Positions 57,248 to 64,000 of a stretch of DNA of 64,000 nucleotides are shown here, in pieces. Position 1 is the stretch's first letter; every line of letters starts with the position of its first letter. Origin of the DNA: Candidatus Dojkabacteria bacterium (GTDB lineage Bacteria > Patescibacteriota > Dojkabacteria > B142 > OLB20); contig JBHHUN010000006.1 in the NCBI GenBank assembly GCA_046753765.1, positions 130 to 64,129 of the forward strand, given 5' to 3'. Under the pieces are notes generated by a model. The model saw only the letters and a program-made list of their open reading frames with translations. It was not told where the DNA came from and did no database searches. The position numbers and the translations under genes are program-made.

Positions 57248-59215
57248 TTAGTATTTGAAGACGAGTACTGCGTAGGGAGCAATGACCTCGATTGGAATCC
57301 CGTATTTGAAATACTTGAAGAGGCAAGTTTTCTCTGGAGTAAACGTTTCCTGGTAGTGAGTCCTGCCGCTCCCAGAGTATTCAAAGCTGTCACTGTTGAG
57401 AATCAACTTATGCTCAGTTTGCACCACAGTTGGTACCGTGAAATCTGTAGTCAAGATAGATGAGATGTTTATGACAATCAGAAACCCATGTTTATCTTTG
57501 GGGTCGGCACTCCTTTTAATAACCAACGTCTTTGATGCTTCATCTAGATTGATATACTGACGTTTATCTGTATTGACTGGCCAGAACGCCTCATCTTCCA
57601 TAGTCTCGTTGATGCATCTTTTGAAATTCAACATCCCTCTGATCGCTTCAGTTTGCTCAAGAAACCAATGAATTGTAGAGTCATGTTCAAAAGTTCCAGT
57701 CTGCAGAAGAAAGGTTTGTAATAAGTCTAGTGTTCGTCCTTCTGCTCCATAGCTAATCAATGCCTCCATAACTTTTATCTTTCCGATTGCATGGAAGTGC
57801 AGTTCGGGATTATCGAGAAGTAATGCATCATATGCGTAAGAACCGGTAGCTCTACCCGTCATCAATCCAGCAGCTGCATCATGGTTATGAAAATCGGCAA
57901 CAGTAGAATTTGATTTCCCCCATTCTTTCTCTTCGGCAATATCCTTAAACTTCCAAATACTTACCTCGTCTGATGACATAGGCATTAATTTAGAATGAAA
58001 GTAGTAAGTCAGGCGGGACGATGTATAGGCGGTTGCTCCCAGAGCCTGTTTGTGGCTTTTAAGTGGAGCGACCAGCAAGTGTGCATTGTTCTTATAAAAA
58101 TAGTGAGACTCGTAATTGAGTAGAGTTTGTGGAGCGTACGAATACACGGTCTCGGCGAAAGTTCGCATAAATTCTCTGGCGTGAGGCCTCCCTTCCCCTT
58201 GTCCTGCAGCTCCCTTACGCAGTATTCCATCTACGTTATCTATACGAAAGCCATCAACGCGATAATGCTTAATGAAGTGGATTGCAGAGTCTGTGACGAA
58301 TCTTCGGATATTCTCATCAGATATGCGGTAGCGTTTTGTTCCCCAAGATGTCCTCTCTCCCAAAAATACTTGCTGGTCATCATTATCTTTCCAGTGGTGA
58401 ATTCCTATGTCTTCGGCCGGGATATTAAAGATGGTGAAGTCTTTGTATGGCGCGTGCGAGATCACCAGATCGAGTATGACTGCGATGCCATGTTTATGGA
58501 ATGTATCAATCATTCTGGTAAACTCATCGGGGTCCCCCCAATAGTCATTAATAGAATAGAGAAAGGGGACAAGGTAGCGCATGCTCCACTTTCCTCCGTC
58601 GATAGATCTTGCAACAGGCAGAAACTGAATAGTGTTAAATCCAAGGTCCTTAATCTTTTTAATCACACCGCTCTCAGTTATGAAGCGGTAAGAGTCTGAA
58701 GTATCAATCTCCCAACCAAGTTTTCCGGACTTAGATCTAAAGTGAGTAATTAGTCCTGGCAGATCAGTCTGAAGTATCCTGGTAGACCTCTTTAGCTTAT
58801 CCGGGGGATTATGCCTAAGCTGGTACGTCCCCGGATCGTCGTAATCCCAAAAGACAGAATTACCTTTATTATCAAAAAAGACACTCGCTGGATCGCGGAG
58901 ATGTACACCATTAACCAGGAATAGATAAGGCGTCTTATGCTTTATCTTTCCTTCGCTCACCTTAAGGGTGAAAAAGGTTGAAGTCTTGTCGGGTTTCAGT
59001 GTGTAGTTTCTGCCGCTTGTCTTTCCCCAATCGTTGAATGGTCCTACAAGGGTTATGTGGGTGAATTTCTGTTTAACGTACAATTTAAATTCAACTGTTT
59101 TCGCCTTGCCGTTTTGATACCTCTTGGTCACTTGTACACCCAAAAGCTGCCTAAACTTCTTTATGTCTTTTTTAGGCTTTTGTCCGGCGAGACTCTGCCA
59201 CTGATAGTCATGCAT
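57248..59215 (-). CDS. GH13-family alpha-glucan-active enzyme with N-terminal CBM48-like domain (branching-enzyme-like)
   Basis: GH13 regions: VILDLVISHA (I), GFRIDNVDGI (II), AEDIGIHHW (III-like), FHNHDAA (IV); N-terminal E-set/CBM48-like THITLVGPFNDWG. Confidence 0.65.
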   Translation of the reverse strand: MHDYQWQSLAGQKPKKDIKKFRQLLGVQVTKRYQNGKAKTVEFKLYVKQKFTHITLVGPFNDWGKTSGRNYTLKPDKTSTFFTLKVSEGKIKHKTPYLFLVNGVHLRDPASVFFDNKGNSVFWDYDDPGTYQLRHNPPDKLKRSTRILQTDLPGLITHFRSKSGKLGWEIDTSDSYRFITESGVIKKIKDLGFNTIQFLPVARSIDGGKWSMRYLVPFLYSINDYWGDPDEFTRMIDTFHKHGIAVILDLVISHAPYKDFTIFNIPAEDIGIHHWKDNDDQQVFLGERTSWGTKRYRISDENIRRFVTDSAIHFIKHYRVDGFRIDNVDGILRKGAAGQGEGRPHAREFMRTFAETVYSYAPQTLLNYESHYFYKNNAHLLVAPLKSHKQALGATAYTSSRLTYYFHSKLMPMSSDEVSIWKFKDIAEEKEWGKSNSTVADFHNHDAAAGLMTGRATGSYAYDALLLDNPELHFHAIGKIKVMEALISYGAEGRTLDLLQTFLLQTGTFEHDSTIHWFLEQTEAIRGMLNFKRCINETMEDEAFWPVNTDKRQYINLDEASKTLVIKRSADPKDKHGFLIVINISSILTTDFTVPTVVQTEHKLILNSDSFEYSGSGRTHYQETFTPEKTCLFKYFKYGIPIEVIAPYAVLVFKY

Positions 59216-59277
59216 GTCCTTATTCTACACAAATCCGGGGCGATTTGTTGTAAAATGGCACTGTTGAAGGTAATGCT

Positions 59278-60276
59278 ATGGCGGATAAAAAACGCATATT
59301 GACAGGAGACAGACCAACAGGTGAGCTTCACCTGGGTCACTACGTTGGATCGCTTAAGCAACGGGCAGAGCTTCAGGATGAGTTCGACACATTTTTGCTT
59401 GTAGCAGATGTTCAGGCTCTGACAGATAACTTTGATAACCCCGAGAAGGTCCGCGACCACGTGCTGAAAGATGTTCTTGGCAATATTGCCGCTGGAGTCG
59501 ATCCCGAAAAGGTGACGTTTATTCTTCAGTCAGCTATTCCCCAAACGGCCGAGTTAACTGTGTTTTTCGCTAACCTTATCTCGATTCAAAAGCTTGGTCA
59601 CAATCCTACTGTGAAAACTGAGCTGAAGCAGAAGGGTATGGAGAGCAGTGTTCCCCTTGGCTTTTTTATGTATCCTGTCAGTCAGGCAGCAGACATTACA
59701 ATTTATGACGCTGATCTTGTGCCTGTCGGAGAAGACCAGATCCCCCATGTTGAATTGACGCAGCAGTTGGTTCGCAAGTTTAATGGAATTTATGGCAAGG
59801 CCCTTGTGGAGCCGAAGGTGAAGCTTTCAAGTTTTGGAAGGCTCGTGGGACTCGATAACAATGCAAAGATGAGCAAGTCGCTGGATAATGCAATCTATCT
59901 TAATGAGTCATCCGAAGATTTAAGAAAGAAAATTATGGGAATGTATACGGACCCAAACAGAATCCACGCTACAGACCCCGGAAAGGTTGAAGGTAACCCC
60001 GTATTTGTTTATCACGATGCGTTTAATCTTGATACAGAAGAAGTGAAGGATCTCAAGGAGAGATACAAGAAGGGTAAGGTGGGGGATGTTGAGGTGAAGG
60101 AAAAGCTCTTTAAAGCGCTGGATGAATTTTTAAAACCACTTCGGGAGAGAAGGGCAAAGTACGACGATGAGAAAGTGCTCACAGAGATCTTATCCGAAGG
60201 GACAAAACGCGGTTACAAAAAGGCGGAAGAGGTGATGGACAGGGTGAAGGATGCAATGAAGTTGTTCAGGGTATAG
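59278..60276 (+). CDS. trpS: Tryptophanyl-tRNA synthetase
   Basis: ILTGDRPTGELHLGHYVGSL (HIGH) and KMSKSLDNAIYL (KMSKS). Confidence 0.9.
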   Translation: MADKKRILTGDRPTGELHLGHYVGSLKQRAELQDEFDTFLLVADVQALTDNFDNPEKVRDHVLKDVLGNIAAGVDPEKVTFILQSAIPQTAELTVFFANLISIQKLGHNPTVKTELKQKGMESSVPLGFFMYPVSQAADITIYDADLVPVGEDQIPHVELTQQLVRKFNGIYGKALVEPKVKLSSFGRLVGLDNNAKMSKSLDNAIYLNESSEDLRKKIMGMYTDPNRIHATDPGKVEGNPVFVYHDAFNLDTEEVKDLKERYKKGKVGDVEVKEKLFKALDEFLKPLRERRAKYDDEKVLTEILSEGTKRGYKKAEEVMDRVKDAMKLFRV

Positions 60277-60280
60277 CAGG

Positions 60281-60910
60281 TCAGCTGGTTAATTTGTGTA
60301 GTGAATTAATGTGGTTCTGACCATCGCCCTCTATCCCGCTTCTATCGATTCTTATAAAATCAATCCCCGCGTTTCGTGAAGCTAGTTCATCTGAATCGCT
60401 GTCTCCAATATAGACGGTCTCATTTTTTGTGATATTTCCCTGACCGAGGATTTTTAATACCGGGTCAAAAACCCTCTTGTCGGGTTTGTGAAAAAGAGTG
60501 TCCTCACTGGTTTGAATATATGTAAAAGAGCCGACCGCAAACTTAAGTCTCAGCAAATCGTCAATGACAGGTTTTCGCCCACTTGCCGTTAGAATCGAGA
60601 CTCTAAAAAAAGGAAACAACTGGTTGAGTGTTGGCAGAGTATCTTCAAACGCAAGCATAGGGTAACTCTCGCTCGTCTTGGCGTAGTTTCTTTGGAGGTT
60701 CTCGAAGCTGTCAATATCACCCATGACACCACACAGCATCTCTTTAAATGGTTGCCCCCAGTGCTCTTCAATGTTTTCTGTGGTGATGTCGAGGTCGTAA
60801 TGGTCTTTTGCAGTCGCCACTAGCGCGGCCCACTTTATCTCCCTGGTTCTGACCAGAGTGTCATCAAAGTCGAAAATGATAGCTTTTTTGCCGCTTAAAG
60901 GCTTATACAT
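60281..60910 (-). CDS. HAD-superfamily hydrolase (subfamily IA)
   Basis: KKAIIFDFDDTLV motif I, motif II Thr/Ser, C-terminal YIGDSDSDE motif IV. Confidence 0.7.
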   Translation of the reverse strand: MYKPLSGKKAIIFDFDDTLVRTREIKWAALVATAKDHYDLDITTENIEEHWGQPFKEMLCGVMGDIDSFENLQRNYAKTSESYPMLAFEDTLPTLNQLFPFFRVSILTASGRKPVIDDLLRLKFAVGSFTYIQTSEDTLFHKPDKRVFDPVLKILGQGNITKNETVYIGDSDSDELASRNAGIDFIRIDRSGIEGDGQNHINSLHKLTS

Positions 60911-60998
60911 ACGGTGGGTACATAATGTGTGTATTATAGTGCCGGAGAGGTTCTGTCCAAAGAGTACGATGTACATACACATGTGTTACAATCAGTGC

Positions 60999-61607
60999 AT
61001 GAAAGTCTTTTTAACGTATTCATATAGTGGTCAAAAGAGGAGTGACAGTAACTACAAGCTGCTCGAAGAGTCGCTAAAACAGATTCAAGGGGTAACCTTA
61101 ATTACTACGAAGAGCAAGTTGTACCTCACGAGGGCGGAAGAACGCAAAATCAGGAAAGGACTGGAAACCCTCGATATAGAAAATACTTCACCATACGAAT
61201 CTCCCCAGATCGGGCAGATCCATGATGAGGCTGTCAAGCGGACTATTTTACGTAGTGATTTTATTGTAGTGGAGGTGAGCGAGCAGAGCACTAAGCTTGG
61301 TATGGAGATTTGGTTTGCTATCGCGCATAAAACTCCTACACTAATCCTTTCGAAAACGAAAAACTACGCTGATTATATTAAATCCCCCTACCTATTTGGG
61401 GCCCGGTATACAAAGTACACTTTGCGCGAGCATCTGGAAGCGTTTTTTGAGCGAGGGAAGAGGGAGCTGTTATCCAAACGATTCAATATGTACCTGTCTG
61501 ATGCACAGTTTGAAGATCTGGAGATACTTGCAAAAAAAGAGGACATGAATATTTCAGAATATATAAGGGATTTAGTAAATGAGAAAAGGTCGAAACTCAA
61601 GAGCTGA
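60999..61607 (+). CDS. NDT-fold (nucleoside 2-deoxyribosyltransferase-like) domain fused to a C-terminal ribbon-helix-helix domain
   Basis: MKVFLTYSYS...DFIVVEVSEQSTKLGMEIWFAIAH (the NDT-type GxGxExG/A motif, paralogous to 51893..52264); C-terminal FNMYLSDAQFEDLEILAKKEDMNISEYIRDLV typical of a CopG/RHH beta-alpha-alpha unit. Confidence 0.5.
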   Translation: MKVFLTYSYSGQKRSDSNYKLLEESLKQIQGVTLITTKSKLYLTRAEERKIRKGLETLDIENTSPYESPQIGQIHDEAVKRTILRSDFIVVEVSEQSTKLGMEIWFAIAHKTPTLILSKTKNYADYIKSPYLFGARYTKYTLREHLEAFFERGKRELLSKRFNMYLSDAQFEDLEILAKKEDMNISEYIRDLVNEKRSKLKS

Positions 61608-61659
61608 GCTGTTCTAAACTTCTTGAAAGTTCTATAAAATACGATAGATATCACTGCAT

Positions 61660-62628
61660 ATGATTCTTAAAAAGTATCTTAAAACAGAACCGACGACTAA
61701 CCTGTTCTTTGTGGCAGCACTGTTTACACTTTCTGTTTTGGTTGGAGGAACTCTCTTCGCCAGGCAGGATACCACTCCTATAGAGGGGAGCGCCGTTGTT
61801 TGTCCGAATTATGAGAGTTGTAATGAAGATGAAGTGTTTGTGGTGACCGGAAGAGACGGCAGCTGCCTGCGGGCAGAATGTTTGCCTCGGGGCGAGGTGA
61901 CAACGTGTGATGTTCCAGGTTGCAATGAAGGGCAGACAGCAGTTTGTGAGATCACTACACCAGGCCAGTGCAGTGGCTGTAACTGTAAACCGTCCCTGTG
62001 TCCAACTCCACCCTCTTGCAGGCCGGGACAGACTGTACTTGAGAAGGATTACCTTTTTATCTGTACAGAGTTTGAATGTGTCGGTGAAGCTCACACATCA
62101 ACACCAACTCCCTCTCCATCACTAACCCCAACACCTACGTCCACTCCGATACCAACGAGCTCTCCAAAACCAACAAAGACGCCAACACCATCACCGACAA
62201 AACGAACAACTCAACATACGACTCAGAAACCGCCCGAGCCGACCCCAACCAGTGAGGAGGCAGCAGTCACCGGTACACCAACCCCGAGCCCAACAATCTG
62301 TCCAGTGGCGCTTTGTGATCCCGGATACGATCTGCTATGTAAAATTGCTTATGATCAATGCCCGGAGTGTACCTGTACGAAAACAGATTCTGAGACTCCT
62401 GGTGAGGATGTAGTTGAGCCGACATATGTAACTCCAACTCCGACCCCAACTCTATCTCCGCTGCCGACTCTTGAGTATGAGTCAATTGCTCCAAGTGAGG
62501 GCGAGGTTCCAGAGGAGACTGTGGTTGCTCTACTAGCATTAGTACTAGTGGGATTGTTTGTTACCGGATCACTTTATACGATCTACAAGAGAAGAAGGGA
62601 AGATAAGCGGAAAAGAGCGTTTGGTTGA
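61660..62628 (+). CDS. Secreted Cys-rich surface protein with Pro/Thr-rich linkers and C-terminal TM anchor
   Basis: N-terminal signal/TM; multiple Cys-rich segments (CPNYESCNED, CDVPGCNEGQTAVCE, CSGCNCKPSLCPTPPSC, CPVALCDPGYDLLCKIAYDQCPECTC); TPTPSP linkers; C-terminal anchor ALLALVLVGLFVTG plus basic tail. Confidence 0.55.
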   Translation: MILKKYLKTEPTTNLFFVAALFTLSVLVGGTLFARQDTTPIEGSAVVCPNYESCNEDEVFVVTGRDGSCLRAECLPRGEVTTCDVPGCNEGQTAVCEITTPGQCSGCNCKPSLCPTPPSCRPGQTVLEKDYLFICTEFECVGEAHTSTPTPSPSLTPTPTSTPIPTSSPKPTKTPTPSPTKRTTQHTTQKPPEPTPTSEEAAVTGTPTPSPTICPVALCDPGYDLLCKIAYDQCPECTCTKTDSETPGEDVVEPTYVTPTPTPTLSPLPTLEYESIAPSEGEVPEETVVALLALVLVGLFVTGSLYTIYKRRREDKRKRAFG

Positions 62629-62708
62629 GACAGCTTTCGTGTATAATTCTCTTTTGGTCACGGTTATTGTATATTGCTTAGATGCTCCCGATTACCGATT
62701 GATTTGAT

Positions 62709-63206
62709 ATGGCATTACTGAAGAGTTTAACTAGAAAGAAAAGAATAATGCACTTCCTGGATCAGATTCACAAAGATGCAACAGTGCTGGACATTGGCTG
62801 TGGAGATAGATGGGCTGGCGAGCACCTGCGTTCTTCAGGCGTAGAAAACTATACTGGTTTAGACCTCGCAAATCCTGCAGCTGACATAGTTGGCGACATT
62901 CTTAAATGGAAGAAGTTAGGACTAAAAGAGAACTCGTTCGACTATATCCTCCTGTTTGAAGTGATCGAGCATGTCGATTGCATGGAAGATTGTTTCAAGC
63001 TCTTGAAACCGGGGGGGAAACTGATGCTAACCTCACCTGTTCCTCACTTTGACTGGGTAATGAAGATACTGGAAAGAGTTGGGTTGAATCAAAAAAGAAC
63101 AAGTCCTCACTCTAACCTCATCTATTTTGACAAGGTGAAGACATTTACTGATAAGGATATCGACGTCATCCTGTTTGTGTCTCAGTTTGGAATATTCACG
63201 AAGTAG
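62709..63206 (+). CDS. Class I SAM-dependent methyltransferase
   Basis: Motif I VLDIGCGDRWAGEHL; post-I acidic residue; LKPGGKLMLTSP. Confidence 0.7.
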   Translation: MALLKSLTRKKRIMHFLDQIHKDATVLDIGCGDRWAGEHLRSSGVENYTGLDLANPAADIVGDILKWKKLGLKENSFDYILLFEVIEHVDCMEDCFKLLKPGGKLMLTSPVPHFDWVMKILERVGLNQKRTSPHSNLIYFDKVKTFTDKDIDVILFVSQFGIFTK

Positions 63207-64000
63207 GCTACAGCTTATCTACGTGCGGAACTATATGCAGGACGGTTATGAAGTTCAAGACTACATTCTCGTCAAACGAGAAAGGGGAAATTTGGCAGAT
63301 AAAGCTGCAGAAGCGTTAGTTGAGGTTGCTGACGTTGTAGATAATTCTTTTCAGACTTATCTTGCTAACCCCGATAGGGTAGATGTGATGCTACCCATCT
63401 TGAATATCTTTGCTCCAGTATCATAACTATCATCGTTCCTAAACAAAGTTAATCCTGCATTTCAAACCAGCCTTCTCAAGTGCCGCTTTGGGCATAGAGT
63501 GCTTTCCCCTGGCAAGGAATATTGTCGTCGTAAGTAATACGTACTATGTATCGGGCAGAGCAGCGAGCCATCATTAGCTAGGATTGCTCCGCCACCTATC
63601 TGATCGTAATGACCCGTATGTCTTGTACAGCTGGTTAGACTAATTGCTTTGGGGGAGGGCACCGGGATGATTTCCTGTTCCGGGAATACTAAATGGAGAA
63701 TAGCTGCTTGATCTTGCGATAACGTTCTTTCGGTGGTAAAAATGTAATCTCGCTTCCAAATGCATACCTTCCTCCCTCGCACAGATGCTCGTCAACGATG
63801 ATGGTTTTCCCCTGAAACAGTTCCAATGCACGGAGGTTTCTGTGGAGGATAGGATAAATAATGGCTGCATCGTCTCCACATATAATTACAGTATATCGGA
63901 TTGAATTTTCGGAAATATTTAGTTAATTACAATGGATACCTTGTCTCGCAACCTATTATGCCTACTACTTATTGGGAATCCGTGCTATAATATAGTATTC

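Noticed and set aside
63175-63426. 83-aa ORF overlapping the 3' end of the SAM methyltransferase gene
   Set aside because: Its first 30 nt overlap the methyltransferase C-terminus in another frame; no motif; could be a small real gene from Met at 63235 but is unsupported.
63462-63900. Two overlapping minus-strand ORFs (106 and 79 aa) plus a third start-less frame reading ...VIICGDDAAIIYPILHRNLRALELFQGKTIIVDEHLCEGGRYAF...
   Set aside because: The three frames conflict, none has a supported start, and the region is at the window edge; possibly a frameshifted gene but not callable.
1-64000. CRISPR arrays, rRNA genes, transposases/IS elements, integrases
   Set aside because: No regularly spaced direct repeats, no rRNA-like conserved stretches and no DDE or tyrosine-recombinase-like ORFs were seen; the only repeats are intragenic (PT-linker and Cys-module repeats) and the 36-bp palindrome.

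Overview
This 64 kb window reads as a small, gene-dense, low-GC bacterial chromosome segment. It is dominated by housekeeping genes: valS, metG, serS, trpS, infB, dnaJ, def, hup, trmD, adk, pgi, tsaC/E-tsaD, yifB/comM, comF and tatD. Between them sit membrane and surface proteins, two toxin-antitoxin modules and one tRNA-Ser(GCU). Proteins are short, several are domain fusions, IF-2 is compact and there are few Shine-Dalgarno motifs; this is consistent with, but does not prove, a reduced genome of the Patescibacteria/CPR kind. No rRNA, CRISPR array or obvious transposase was seen. The findings that most deserve a second look are: (1) a valyl-tRNA synthetase carrying a complete histidine-phosphatase (phosphoglycerate-mutase-like, RHG...H) domain inserted in its catalytic core; (2) T-box riboswitch leaders upstream of both valS and serS, each with a T-box sequence and an intrinsic terminator, plus a 36-bp perfect palindrome in the valS leader; (3) a DsbA-like thioredoxin-fold protein whose two halves appear in swapped order (circular permutation), next to PilN/PilO-like genes; (4) two tandem GHKL/HATPase_c-like ATPase paralogues; (5) a roughly 3 kb block of orphan genes between tsaD and serS; (6) two nucleoside 2-deoxyribosyltransferase-like paralogues, one fused to a C-terminal ribbon-helix-helix domain; (7) frameshifted genes and large Cys-rich, Pro/Thr-linker surface proteins. 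All calls rest on by-eye motif recognition in the supplied translations; no database search was run.
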